Source of the DNA: Antedon mediterranea
Taxonomy: Eukaryota; Animalia; Echinodermata
DNA length: 64,000 bases
Assembly (NCBI RefSeq): GCF_964355755.1
Contig: NC_092677.1
Coordinates: 16,390,101-16,454,100 of the forward strand
Direction: 5' to 3'
The number at the start of each line of letters is the position of its first letter. Within the stretch, counting starts at the first letter, position 1. Position numbers and translations under genes: made by a program. Below the pieces are notes generated by a model. That model was not told the origin of the DNA and searched no databases. It worked only from the letters and a program-made list of their open reading frames with translations. Below, in pieces: positions 38,631-52,600 of the stretch.

Positions 38631-39784
38631 AATAAGCTTTTCAGCGCGATCACTCATCCGTGACGTCATTTATACGCCATTTTGTGAAATCACATTATCA
38701 TTATTACATATTAATGAATTCACTATACATAAACTTCAGGTAAAGGGTAAAAATATTAGCCAATAAACCGCACGCGCACGTAGGGTAATACGCGTGAAAT
38801 CGCGCGTTAAAAATTTAAAGAGCATGAATTAGGCCATTTGCGTGTTTCAAAAAATTACTGCGCAAAAATGCGTTTTTGCGCGCGCGATTCTTAAAAAGCG
38901 TAAAAATACGAATTTTTTGTAGAAATCGCATTCTACTCGCCATCCTTAGTACATTCACCAAATTTGAGTTTGTTCCGACTTAAAATAACGTTATACGAGC
39001 ATGTTAAAAATGACAAAATGCGCACATTAATTGCATAAAACTGCTGAAAATGATGAAAAATAAGGCATTTTTAAAATGAAAATAACTCTTCAGAATGCAC
39101 GATGACCCTAAGTTTTTTAACTTATTCGGGAAGCCATTGAGTTGTAGATATAAATGTATATACACATTAGACGTACAAAATGGTATTACGTCATCAAATG
39201 GCCACTTGATTTTAAAAATTAGGATTTTTTCCCGTTTTGTGTAGGTTATCACATTCAATAGCGCGCATCTCCGCTATTTGAGCTCGATTTTCGCACAAAT
39301 TTCAGTGTGTGCTTGCTTAATTATTTATCTTTCTCATAAGTTGTCAGTATTTTCATTTTGATGACGTCATCACGCGTAAAAACTTAATAACGTAGGTCGT
39401 GTAATTTCACCTTCGCCGTAAATTTGAATATCTTACAGCTCTTCAGAATTGAAGGTTACCTTGATGATTATAATTTATTATGAAAGCTGATGAAATGTAG
39501 ATATGAATTCATATAAAAACCAAGCCTATCGGATGTTGTGACGTTAAAATATGGCCAGATGAAGTTAAAAAGTAGTTTTTTCATCTTTTTCGTCATGGCG
39601 TACATCAACTTTTAACGTACATGCATGTTTAAAAAGTGTTAATTTCATTAAAATGATAAAAATGATCACCTATAATTCGTCAAAGTGACGAATTGTACAA
39701 AATCTTTATTAGGTGATCATTTAGAATAAAATGATCACCTATTGTTATTGTACAAAATCTTTATTATTGTTATTCTTCTTTCTG
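38631..39784 (+). mobile_element. Helentron/HINE-like non-autonomous element(s)
   Basis: aaaatgatcaccta subterminal repeat, stem-loop aattcgtca-aag-tgacgaatt, palindrome taggtgatcatttt..aaaatgatcaccta; the same end occurs inverted at 59267-59348. Confidence 0.6.
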
Positions 39785-40869
39785 AAGGTATATTTACTGT
39801 ATCTTTGACAACCGCTGATTCTAGTGGAATTCGTGGTACGCCAACTGTAAAATTCAAACGAAGCAAGTGTTCCATTAAATTAGCAGCTATAGAAACGATT
39901 GCCTATATCCCGCTATGACATAGCAAGTGTAGCAATTTACCAAGAAAGGAAAGATGTTATAAATATGTTTTACTACTTTATTTTATTTTCTGACTTTGTG
40001 TCCATGGTTCAAGAAATGAAAGGCGATAAACCACATGACAAAGAGGAATTGCATTCATCATCACTCGAGATCCTTAAAAAACATTTGTGTGTTCAATCAT
40101 CTATCGAAACACGCTCAGCTACTAATAGTATAGACGTATTGTTTATACCTACTTGACTTATCAAATTCGATCAGATCTTCTGCACTCATGTTAAGATTAC
40201 TCTGTCCTAAAACTCGAAATGATTGCCCATGAAGGTGCATTGAATGATCAGAAACGTGAATCTCATTAATCACGACCTGCAGTTCCACCACCTGAAAATA
40301 CAAAGAAATTTAAATACATAATGTGACCAGTCAAGTGTGTCCTTCGGGTATATATTATGCATGCAGTTTTACCAAGTACGGGAGAGTTGCGGTTGGGTGG
40401 GGGCGTCAAGTCGGTTTGTGCCAACCGGCGTTTGATCGTTACAGCATATTTTGTCGTATTAACAAATTACTGTATATCAATTGTATATCAATTGTATATC
40501 AATTAATTCATAAACCTGACATTTCTACTTCCTTTGATCATGGAATTTTATTTAAAATAAATAGAATATTACCTGGCCTAGTTTTACTTTAGCAACGATG
40601 GGACATGCACATGTTGTATTTTCGCAGCCAGACATATAACTAGTGTTCTCATACCATGGGGCCATATTACACGAGTGTACATCATTATCTGGATCCGACG
40701 AAACAAACGGCCTATCAGGAAATTTAAATTCTACTTGATTCATGACAAATTTAGCAGAAAAATAGGTTTAATCAGTTTCTGACGATGAATAGAGCGTGTG
40801 AGAAATGTTCATTGCTACATAGAACCTAACATCAACGGAGAATAAGGCTGGGTCTACGGCTTCTAAAAA

Positions 40870-41357
40870 AAATCCTCAGATGAAGAAACAGATTAAAACT
40901 ATATAAACTGGCATTACGTAATTGATAATGACGATCTCTACAAAATTACTGGCTGTCAACCGCTAGAAGAATATGTCTACAAGCAACAATTCAACTGGAT
41001 CGGACATGTAATTAGAAAAGAAAATGAAGATCCTACAAACATTTTTACTTTTCACACAACACAAAGTAAACGAAGAGGTCGGAAGATACCATCAGTACCT
41101 GATAGAGTTGTACAACAAAGTCAACTTACTAGATGCAACTTCATTGGAGCCTGCTTCAACAGAAATTTATAATTCCCAGCAATGTTTTAACTGTATATAA
41201 TATGAACTGTTTTATAAGTTGTTTTGTGACTGTGCAATTTGGTAGTAGTCACTCTCATACTGTACATTTAAAAGTAACACATCCAAATGCCAACTTTAAG
41301 TCAATGGCTACCAGATGTCTCTGTGAGACGGTTATTTGAACCAGTACCAGTACCAAT
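40870..41357 (+). mobile_element. RTE-like LINE 3' fragment in a laccase intron
   Basis: I.W..VI.N..LY.ITG...L......Q..WIGHVIR...KRRGR; (ccagta)n tail. Confidence 0.7.
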
Positions 41358-42682
41358 AATTATTTGTCATGTTATGTGGTGAGTTTTATTTACAAGATTG
41401 AAGTTCACAGACATATACAAAAGACGTCGTCACATTTGAGTAAGTCAACTTTCAGACAAAAGACCTATATTAAACATCGAATAAATGGATATCTTACGTA
41501 ATGCGTGTGTGTCTTTAAACGTTAAAAGCTCTTTGCTGTTGGAAGTAAGCCGTTTTGTTGAAAACACACTTGTTATTTCTGGCGCATCTTTACATTTTAA
41601 TTCCAATTCCGGAGAGTGCTTATATTTCAATACAGCACTGCCAATAGCCTCACATAAGTGGTGAGGTGAAGTGTCTAAATATATACAATAAGACGATGGT
41701 TTCGAAGATGCTTCGAGCACAATGTCTAACCTGAAGAAACAATATATAGAATAGAAAGTGTAAGCTAACACATTAGCATTATATGTAAATTAGGAGAATT
41801 AAAACTTACGAGAGTATTAATAAGGATGGAATCCTTCAATCTTCAATTTGACTTACCTTTCTCCGGGAGTAAAGTGCAAAGCATCCACGACACGAACTGG
41901 TTTCACCTCAAATCCATCAGTTGCAATGATTGTTATGGGATGTGATTCAACTATCATTCGTATATTACATTCACCTACGGCAGTATTCACAAGTCGTATT
42001 CGATATCTGAAACCTTGCTCCACTTCAAAAACAGAAAGCGGAACATCCAAACCCAAGTCTGCATTTTGACCTCTGCCATTGACCAATAAGGTAAGAGTTT
42101 TATCAGAATATAGAGTACCATATGCAATAGACGCCATTAAGACATTCAAAGACATAATATTCAACCAGTCGTTAAATAACATATAATGTTGTGGAGGTCA
42201 ACATCATATTCTTTACTGTTGAATTCTTTTTGTCTTGGTTCCCTGACAATCAATGCTCCGTACAACCCGTCACCTCTCTGGACACCGACGTGAGAGTGCC
42301 ACCAATGGGTACCTGGTGGGTCTGCAACAAACTCGTATACGAACGAGGTTGAACTTGGTATGGGGCATTGAGTAATCATCAGAACGCCATCTGCCCACAC
42401 GGTGTTAAATTGATGTATACCATGCCAATGAATTGTCAACGAAGCTCCATCTTGAAGTGCGTTAATTATTTTCACACGAATGGTATCCCCGTGACAGACC
42501 TGTTAAAGAACACAATGACAAAATATAGGCGTATGTAAAATACTACTGTTCATTTATTACTCTGTGTAATATTTAAACACTAGGCCTATAGGCACTTAAA
42601 TATGATTATCCAGATATTTGCGTTTTCGGCAATTACAAGAGTTTGTGAAATGTTTATTAAATTGTGATCAAATTAATTTGCT

Positions 42683-42910
42683 TAAGCTCTCTGTCTATAA
42701 TATCAACCTTTATGTGACAAGCAAATGTTATGACACCAAATCACTATATTTGGGCACTTCATACTTTCAAACTAGTTTGATAAGCTCTGTCTACAATATC
42801 AAACTCTAAATGTGATGTGCCATATATGGACATGATGATGTCATATCACTACCATATTTGGGGACATCACACTGTTTTTCTCTGTCTAGTTTGATAGTGT
42901 AGACAAAGCT
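42683..42910. mobile_element. Two adjacent PIF/Harbinger-like palindromic MITEs in laccase intron 1
   Basis: agctctgtctacaatatcaaact...agtttgatagtgtagacaaagct with TWA-like flanks; related to 121-278. Confidence 0.6.
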
Positions 42911-44286
42911 TAAAGAAAGGTAAATTCAGGACTTACGGTACAATATGTAAGAATAAAATATGATACGAAATTACATAAATGGTCTTACCTGAATGCTTGG
43001 CCCTGGTGACATTTCATTAACCGTTAAAATGGGTCTACGTGAACCGCCTACCGTATAACAGCGATATGCACTACAGTCTTCTCGGACATCTGGACATTCC
43101 ATACAAGCCGATGCTAACGTATACCACCAAGATATCGTGAACTCAAATTCGCACAATCTCGGTTTAGCGGGAAACTCGCACTCACGAAAACATTCACTTG
43201 GGAGTTGCTTCCCTCATTCGCCATACAACGAATACAAACATAAAACACACCTACCTACTGTGAATAACTTCAATATGTACGTACGACTATCGCATTTTTC
43301 ACGCTGCTGCTCTAGCCCGCTATGTTACACGAGATGACTCATTCATTAGATGAAATCAAGCAGCTTTATAGTACTACACTTTGACATTTTTGTTAAAATG
43401 GAAACTCCACTATAATTTATTGGTACCACCTGTTGAATCCAAAAACGGCTGAGAAAAGAGTCTAAAGACAAATCCCAAAGCATTCTGGTATTTATGAGTC
43501 CCATGATATAATTCGCTGTCAGATAATCATTGAATTATTATCAAAACAGTCCATTGAAGTTTTTGTTTGTAATAGGATACTTGAAGTATCTAGGCGTGAT
43601 GAAGTGACCCCCAGACTTGACCTTAGCAATAACAATAAGCGAGCAGCGTTTTTTGTAAGAAATATTCTTGTTTAACTATGAAAAAAAAAAGCTAACCTGT
43701 GATTTTTTTTTCGTACGCGAGAACATTTTTTTCAAAAGAAACATTTCCAATTTTCATAACAAAATACTGGTTCAAATGAAATTTTTGTCCGGACCTATAG
43801 TGCCTAATAATATAAATGTTGCGATATGCAGACATAGTATGGTTCGAATTCGATTGGCGTACGTTTTAACAACACTGTATGCACGGGCAACAGAGATGTT
43901 TGATTCACCCTCCCCCTTTCAGAATAATAATTATCTGTGAAAAGATAATTAAACGACATTATAAGATATTACAAGAATAGTCAATAATATAGGCTATACT
44001 AGAAATTGCAAAGTACAAGTGAGAGTTGAGCATACATAACGTAGTTTTGATGATGCAATATCCCCGTAAGACACAAACCGAATGTCTATAATAGAACGCT
44101 TCTCATTGGTTGACAAAACATTTCTTACGGACTATGGCAGTGTTGTACAATCGTCTCCAGTGCCATATAGCAAAATTGTCCAGAACGTCTTCTTGGCCAA
44201 TGTTTTGGAGTCAAAGAGCTTTCGGATCTGAAAAGCACTAAAGCTTGACGGGGTGTCAAATTGATGTGGATGAATAAACAAATCTT

Positions 44287-44645
44287 ACGTAATGCGTGCA
44301 TATCTTTAAATATGTATACATATTTATCAGTAATATCAAGTAGGGTTGTTAAAAATAAACTACTACTTTGTTCTGTTTTGTACTGTTTACAATTAAAATC
44401 CATGGTAGGTGTATTATTCTTGTATTTTAATATAGGCTTAGCTGCCTTTAATTAAAATGACCAATTGCCCCAGGCAAGATGGAGATTTACCTTTCACCAG
44501 CAATAAAGTATAAAGCATCCATTACACAAACCGGTTCCATCTCATAGCCATAAGTAGCAATGATCGTTATCTAAGCAAGTTGCGATTATTTTGACATGCA
44601 CCTCTCATCAGCGTACAGTAATCCAGAAACTTGTTCCAATATATT
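44287..44645 (-). pseudogene. Degenerate fragment of a paralogous laccase gene (ends of exons 2 and 3)
   Basis: ITIIATYGYEMEPVCVMDALYFIAGE(R)|gt matches ITIIATDGFEVKPVRVVDALHFTPGE(R)|gt; FKDMHAL|gtaag matches FKDTHAL|gtaag. Confidence 0.8.
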
Positions 44646-45109
44646 TTCACCACTGATTCAGAAATCATAATAGGCCTACTGTATGTCTAAATCATGGGTT
44701 TAGAAATAATATACTGTATTGAATAATCATGAGATATTATATTTCACAAATCTTTAGACTTAATACTAAGTACCTGTATAATTGATGGTATCGTATAAGA
44801 GACGAGTCAATTTAATGCACATATTTTACCATTGGTCTTAATGAATTTTGTGCGAGACATATTTTGGTACATCTGAAAACCCGATTCTGTAATTCTGGTG
44901 ATGTAGTTTCGGGTCAGAGGTCAAGGACCTATTTTTCACGCAATTTTACTAATATCTTTATTTTATGGCACAGTATTTGATTATAATAATAATAAATGCA
45001 TCAATTGTTTTGGAATTAGGCTCAATTTAAAGTCGATGAATCATACTACACGTTGATTATTTATTATTTTATCTACACGTTGATTATTTATTATTGATTT
45101 TTATTACAC

Positions 45110-45398
45110 CTTATTTATACAGGGTGAGCTAAACAGCGTATTCGGACAATCAAAGGGCCCCTTGATGTATATACTAGCTAGACACCAGGGTAACCCCACT
45201 CGTCTCGAAAGATGTACTAGGTTTTTTAAAGTGCACATGAGCCAGATTGAACCTACGGTTTATAGTCCTTTTCCGAGAAGACTCATTCTACCAGAACAAT
45301 GGAGCGAGTGAACCTTGAACCCTTGCCGATGTTCAATTTTAATATGGAAAGGTATTACGGGTCCACTGTCTTAACCGCTTTATTGGCTACTCACCGCT
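45110..45398 (-). mobile_element. tRNA-derived SINE with a Deu/Nin-like central domain
   Basis: Minus strand: tRNA-like head tagcc..gcggttaagac, then tcggaaaaggactataaaccgtagg...gcactttaaaaaacc...ttcgagacgagtggggttaccctggtg; A-rich tail. Confidence 0.65.
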
Positions 45399-47568
45399 CA
45401 TAACCGCTTAAATAAATACATTTCTTTTTCCACAGTTAGTGAAATGCACTCTATATATATATATATATATATGACACAGACAATGATGAGAATATACTAT
45501 CTAATATTAATTTTAACCTCCCCCCCCCCCCTCCCACCGTCGGGGAAAGCTGAATAGAATTTATTACTAAAGAATTACGTGTTAAAATTATAGTTTCTAT
45601 TAATACTATTAGGCCTAATTATTAGTCTCTAAAGCCCATGTCTATTCTAGTTAGTACTGTGTGGTTGTGTGTGACGTGTGTGTGTGTTAGGTGTGACAAA
45701 GTCCGAGTAAGTCAGCAAAATTAAACAATTACATTCCACAAAAATACAGTATGTACATTTTTTATTCTCGTGGGTCTAATCTTTCCATCTCTTGTGTTCA
45801 TATACGCAAAAGATGTGTAACAGCAACCGTTCTTCTTTTGAACGAACCGGCAGAAGAGCGAGAGAGAGCTAGCTAATATAAGGCCTAGGAGTAGTATGCA
45901 TGGTGGATGGTGGTGGTGTGTGTGAAGAAGAGTACGCGAAGGCAATCACGTGAATTGTGAACAACTAATGAATTATTCATGTTTAATTTGTGACTACTGT
46001 ATTATGTACGGAAAAAAAAATCGCGGCCCGGCCGGCTCACTGCGGTATACGCGTCGACATATCTGGGCTGTATCATATTACATCCAGGGACCAAAATGTG
46101 TATTTTCCAGATTCCAGGCGAAAATCGGAAATTCATTTGCAACTACGCATCGACGTACTAGACAGGTTCCATTTCTCAAAAAACGGCCTAGAAAACGAAT
46201 CAAGAAGCATTTTTGGGTAGAAGCTGGGATCCACTTGATTTAGGATATTTCGACCTCGCTGATACGAATATGGCGGATCCCAAGCGAAATTCGGCCATCT
46301 AAGCCCTTAATTTGCATAATTAAAAATGGCGGCCATTTTTTATAATTACCCTATATCTCGAGAACCACTAGTCACAGATAATTAATTTTGGTGTCAAAAT
46401 GTTTTAAATATATGTTTTTATATTCACTTTAATGAAACATTTTGTCAAAAAATGGATGCAAGTCTTATTTCTGACATTTTGACCTTTGACCTTGATTTAT
46501 CGTATCTCAGTAACCAATAATCGGAGAGACACGAAATGGGGCTCAAATTGTTCAGAAATCATACATTCATATTTATTATAATGACAAGTTTTTACACAAA
46601 ATGGCCGATTCTACAACTATTGACCTTTGAACTATTAGTCAAATAAAATGTTATACGGTAACTCTGAAAATATTGGACTTATGAAATTATTTTTTGTTTT
46701 ATGTTTTTGTTTAGAAAATGTGTGTTTCTATCCAGTCTAATGGCACATTTCGTCCAAGAAAGGCCAATAGTATGGTTATTTATGCCCTTGATTTGTATAT
46801 TCAAAATGGCCGCTATCGAAAATGATGAAATACATAATATACAAATACGATAATAATAGTATCGTATTTATTATGAATTTGTATAAGTTTATGTGATTAA
46901 AATTAAATATTTATTTCGAACTTTCAGATTACACATCTAGTTGATTCCATGTGAAATCTTGAAATGAAAAAGGCTTAATTTGCATATTTAATTTAGACAA
47001 GTTTGTCAACAGTATTTGATGGTGAGAAATTAAAAATCTCAATTTCCCAGTAGAATTTTAAATTTTATTATTGTGTCTTTCGCCCGCCATAGAAATTCCC
47101 CTATGGTCTATTTCTTTCATCTAACATCACTAGTAGGCCTAAATTAAAAGCGAACAAAATAATATTTTCACAATTTATCATCCGTTGTTTCAAGAGCAAT
47201 TGTTGTATTTCCAAACCAGATGAGGTAAGTTTTAAAATATATATATAATTAGAGTATATAATATTTGCAAAACTTTGCTAGGCCCAACTATTTGCCTACG
47301 TGTGTAGCTAGCAAGTTGTCTCAGCTTAATTGCGCTGACAAAGGCGTACGTCTCTTATGGTTGCCACACAGACAAGTTCACGTAAATTAAAAGTATTAAT
47401 ATGGCGCGCCATTTAGTCTTACTTTTTATTTAATAAACTTTATAGTAGGCCTAACTTTTATATAACGTAACGTAAAAAAAAATTTTAAATAAAATAATTT
47501 TTTTCTTGCTTTAGAGTTGTTTGGTTAAAGCTATAGCTATCAGGTTTTGGTGTAATAAAGACCACATC

Positions 47569-50500
47569 ATGGAGTCAGTTTGTGATTTAAAAAAACAAAG
47601 ACCAGTAAATTATAAGCTGTGTCTATTTTGTCAGAAACGTAAAGCTAATGATAAGTTGAGAGAAGCAAGCGAGCAAGGTTTAAGAACTGTAAAGGATGCA
47701 GCTGAAAAGAGATGTCAGCTCGGCGATGATGACGATATTACGAATCGAGTTTCACTAAGTTTTACAACTGAAGTTGATCATAAGACATTATGGCATAAAC
47801 AGTGTTATTGCCATTTCACTGATCAAGACAGAATGAAACGATTAGAAAATAAGAGAAAACAACACGAGCTAGACGCATCATCCAAACCCACTTCAAGTTT
47901 TCACAATACAACAGATAGGCTCTCAAGACGTTCAAATATGCCGGTTGTTGACTGGGAAAAATGCATATTTTGTCAAAAAGATTCTAAAGACCGTCTTTGT
48001 TCTATAATGACATTTTGCTTAAGTAATCGTATACTCGAAGCTGCTCCTTTTGATTATAATTTTTCCATGTAGAGTAGCAGATGTAAATGACCTAATAGCA
48101 TCCGAAGGAAAATACCATTTAGTGTGTTTGAAAGCATTTGATAGATCTACAGAGAAAATTAAAAAAGATTGCGTGAAAAGAGATCTTGCATTTGTTTGGC
48201 TTTGCAATGAACTTGAAAAGGCAGCTAGAAGAGGATTAGTTTTTAAGTTGATTGATGTATGGAATCGGTATGTTGAATTAGCTAATAATTTGTGCATAGA
48301 TATCCCATATTCATATTTGAGCAGAAGGGCAACATTTAAAGAGAAGCTTGTTTCTCAACTGAATACTGAATTTCACTTTTTTCATCCTCTAAATGTTAAT
48401 TCATCAGATCGCCAAACATTACTAATTCCCATCCATTATCAAAATAATATGGTTTCTCAGTCAGTTCAAGCGAATGAAGACATCACGATTCCAACGTACC
48501 AACCAGAGCAAGAAGATGTATTTCTATCTCTGGTACATGTTGCATTAAAGATCCGTGGCGATATTATTTCGAAACCTGGTCACGAAGGATTGGCAGTTAG
48601 TGAGAAAGATGAAGCCGAGTGCATACCTGATAGTTTGTATATGTTTCTGAGATTATTATATGGAGGCCAAGACCATTTAAATGAAGATTGTTCTGAAATG
48701 AAATATGAGGATCAAACACGACGTATGGTTATGAGCAATGCACAGGATTTGGTTTATGGAATAAGCAAAGGAAAGAAGTGGACACCAAAACATATTGGAT
48801 TGACAAGTACATTGCACCAAGCAACTAGGTCAAAGGATCTTGTTAACTTATTCCATCGAGCGGGACACTGTTTAAGTTACAAACAATTATTGGAAGTTGA
48901 TACTGCCCTTGCCAACTATACTTTGCGGTCAATGGATCGTACTACAGGAGCAGTTATACCACAGAACTTTGTTCCAGATGAATTCATACACTTTACGGCA
49001 GATAATATTGATATATTAGACGAATCACTTGACGGTAAGAACACATTCCATGCCACGCAACTAGCAGCTTATCAAAGATCCACTGGAAAAGAACCGGCCT
49101 TACTTGAAAATGTTGAAGTTACTTCTAAATCTACTTTAGAAGTTCCAGATATTCTTACTGAGTTGTTCTCAACAAAGATTGTCGAAAGTAAAACCAAACC
49201 AGTTTTCCATCAGCCAGTAAATGCTAATTGGTTTAATGGCAAAAGTACAAATCTTGAATGCGAGAAGCAAGCGAAAGCAGCTGATCTTGCGTTTCTGTTG
49301 CATCGTCAACACCTACAGGACAAACCAAGTTGGACAAGCTTTAATCAACAGAATTCAACAACCGATCACAGACAAACTTCCGTTGGGCACATGCCCATGA
49401 TACTAGCTCCTGCTCATGAATTTGATACATTAAATACAGTTGTAAGGAGGTGTATGTCAATATCGGATCATTTTGGACAAAACTACACTGTCATTACCGT
49501 TGATCAAGCACTTTATTGCAAACTAATGGAGTTAAAATGGAATGTTCCTGAATATATGTTAAAATTAATTCCACGTCTGGGAGGTCTTCACATATCTATG
49601 AACTTTTTGAAAGTTATTGGTAAGCACATGGAAGGGTGTGGGTTGTATGAATCATGGATTGAAAGTGGAATTATAGGCGCGGGTGCAGCCGAGCTTGTGT
49701 TGTCTGGAAAAGGGTATAAGAAAGCGATGCGAGTCCACAAGCTATCTATTCAAGCATTGTGGCGAATATTAATCCCAGCGTTTTCCGAAAGGTTGGCAGA
49801 AATCAACAGTGATCTTCATGAAAGTGTAAGTTCAATTCAAAAAGAAAGTGATAAAATCAACGCTTTAGTGGCGATGATCAAAGGCGATACATACCAGAAC
49901 ATTCTATCCAAGTACATAGAAGATGAATGCGAGAAGAACGTTAACTTTCAATTTTGGTGGTGTTACATAGAAATGGTATCAATCCTACTCATGTTCACTA
50001 GAGCTCAGAGAGAAGGAAACTGGGACTTACACATGGCGTCCTTCAATCGAATGATCCCATACTTTTTCCGATACGATCACTATAATTACGCCCGTTGGGG
50101 TCCTGTTTATATAGCTGAAATGAACCAGCTTCCAGATGAAATCAAAGAAGAATTTTCAAAAGGAAATTTTGTTGTCAAATGTTCAACAAAGTCTTTTAAC
50201 GAAGTAGATCCAGACCATGCCCAAGAATGGCTAAATGGTACAGGAAAGCGATCAGGAGGAATCGTAGGAATAACAAAAACTATATCTGCTTTGATGAGAT
50301 GGAGCCTTTCATTCAATCTCCGGTCGCATTTAGCAGTAAATACGCATGAATTGTATGGTCTAACCCAAGATAAATCAATATCTGTTGAATCTACACCAAC
50401 AAGAATAAAGAAAGACAATGCCGACGAAGATTCTTTGCTAACGATTTTCAAAAGCTTCAATGTGTTTCTAACAGACACTTCAACAGATATCCTACAAAAC

Positions 50501-52141
50501 ATAGCAACCAAAGACCTGGTAAGCACAGAGATTCAAGAATCCTTACTACAAGCAACCGAATTGGGTCAGCAACAGACTTTAACATTCGTTGAAGATAGAC
50601 TGATGTCATCTGAAGTAGAGCGAAAGACTTCATTTAATGATCCAATAAAAAGAAACAAAGCCCTGACATTTAAAAGCCTGTATGATGTTCCCAAGAATGC
50701 CAATGACAAAGAAAAGAAGACGGTTACAAAAACCGATCGAAATGTTTTGTTGCGGCTAATCACAGCATATGACGGTGGCCGTGAAGTTGATCTTAAAAAT
50801 ATGTTGTGCCATGAACTGATGACAGTACCGCTACGAAACAAGTCGATTCTAGTAGAAAAGCTAACAGATGGCATCGATTGCCCGGAAAGTATCGACATTC
50901 AGGGAAAAACAGCTTGTATAATAATTGACGGTCAGGCTCTAGTTGTGACACTAGGCAAACCGGCTGACTGTTCTACTTTTGGAGATTTGGCAAACACATT
51001 TGTTAAAACGGTGATGATATGGGGAAAAGATTATCAGAGAATAGACGTAGCGTTTGATCGGTATCGAAAACTGCCGATAAAGGGCACCACCAGACAAAGA
51101 CGAACCAAAACACACAGACCAATTCGTCGAATTATAGAAAGTGATGAGATACCGCTGCCAAATTGCTGGTCAAACTTTTTGGCATTACAAGATAATAAAG
51201 CAGATCTGGCACGATTTCTATCAGAGGAGTTGATTCGTCAAGCTCCTATAGACAAAGAAATTGTCACAGCTGGTGGATTTATGGAAGAATCAGTTGTTAA
51301 ATCATCAAAAGTCTACACGAATACGTTGTCTCTGGTCGCAGATCATGAAGAAGCGGACACGCGACTTGTTCTTCATGCTGCCAATGTCCGATACGACACA
51401 GTTGTAGTTGCTTCTAGGGATACAGATGTACTAGTAATTCTAGTGTCTCACTACCAAAGCATGGTATCCAAAGATATATGGATGATGTCAGGGACATCCA
51501 AAAAAAGAAAGTATCTTCCTATAAAAGACATTTTTCAAGCCTTGCCCGAGGGTTCTGCAAAAGCACTGGTTCCATTTCACACTATTACTGGATGCGATAC
51601 TACCTCATATCTAAGTGGTCACTCAAAGGCATCGGCATGGGAAGTATTCAAGAAAAATCATTAACTAATTAAAGACCTGGGAGAACAACCTATCAGTGAC
51701 CAAGTTATTATGAAATCGGAAAGATTCATTTGCTACGTTTACGGCGTTGGTCAAGTTAAAAGTACCAATGAAGTTAGGCATGCCGTGTTTAAAAAAAAAA
51801 AAAAACCAGAGGCATTACCTCCAACAAGCGATGCAGTGCACCAGCATATAAAAAGAGCACACTTCCAAGCACTCGTATGGAAAAAAGCTGTATCGCCAAT
51901 CCAGCATTTGCCATCACCAACAGATTTTGGTTGGGAGCTATGTAATGGTAAACTTCAACCAGTGCTTCTGAAAAATGAAGCTATTCCTACAGCTTCGTTA
52001 GAGATGATTTATTGTGGATGCAAGACACGATGCATAACCAATAGATGTAGGTGCAAGAAGTCAAAACTACCATGTACAGCTTTATGCCACTGTAACAACG
52101 CTAAAGATGACGTAAACATTTGTATGAACGATCAAAACTGA
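47569..52141 (+). pseudogene. Academ transposase-XPG nuclease-CXC protein (~1520 aa reconstructed), with a frameshift near 48060 and an in-frame stop at 51662-51664
   Basis: N-terminal CxxC/HxxC motifs; FTADNID..GKNTFH, TVDQALY, RLGGLH, YDHYNYARW, DHAQEWLN; XPG/PIN motifs IIDG, AFDRY, HEEADTR, DTDV, TGCDTTS; LPPT..A..QH..RAHFQ..W; terminal 8-Cys cluster. Confidence 0.9.
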
Positions 52142-52158
52142 TGCCCTTAACATGTTCA

Positions 52159-52600
52159 TTCCAAATGTAGCTTACGTGTTCAAATTTTCTTTTAAATCTA
52201 TAATCATAATCGATCATATTGATGGCAGGTAGCTTACGTGTTAAAATTCTTTTTTAAATCTATAATCATAATCCATCATATTGATGGCAGGTAATTTCCA
52301 AATGTAGCTGACGTGTTCAAATTCTTTTTTAAATCTATAATCATAATCCATCATATTGATGGCAGGTAATTTTCAAATGTAGCTGACGTGTTCAAATTCT
52401 TTTTTAAATTTATAATCTTAATTCATCATATTGATGGCAGGTAATTTTAAAATGTAGCTTACGTGTTCAAATTCTTTTTTAAATCTATAATCATAATCCA
52501 TCATATTGATGGCAGGTAATTTCCAAATGTAACTTGCGTGTTCAAATTTCTTTTAAATCTATATAAATCATAACACATATTTGATGGCAGTGAATTTTAT
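52159..52600. repeat. 75-bp minisatellite, ~6 copies, between the transposase stop and the right TIR
   Basis: Unit starts recur at 52291, 52366, 52441 and 52516. Confidence 0.95.

Larger units (their letters stand above)
39782..43295 (-). pseudogene. Laccase / multicopper oxidase pseudogene; exons ~43295-42989, 42499-41857, 41730-41498, 40862-40573, 40291-40149, 39844-39782 (truncated)
   Basis: TIHWHG, TQCPI, PGTHWWHSH, HSMHLHG and KDTV.IP motifs with in-phase GT-AG introns. Disablements: TGA near 43215, 1-bp frameshift near 42193, TAA at 40768-40770, and the final HCH exon portion not found. Confidence 0.9.

Noticed and set aside
40768-43216. In-frame stops in the laccase as selenocysteine or readthrough recoding
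   Set aside because: One stop is TAA, and there is also a frameshift and a truncation; pseudogenisation is simpler.
50107-50898. Antisense ORFs of 139 and 110 aa, and similar ORFs opposite the RT and integrase regions
   Set aside because: Shadow frames of the real coding strand with no recognisable motifs.
48050-51664. 1204-aa ORF as a novel host gene
   Set aside because: It lies between long TIRs, lacks coding introns and has Academ motifs; it is the middle of a broken transposase.
52159-52600. CRISPR-like array downstream of a large nuclease ORF
   Set aside because: Units are contiguous 75-bp near-identical repeats with no unique spacers; eukaryotic context and no cas genes.
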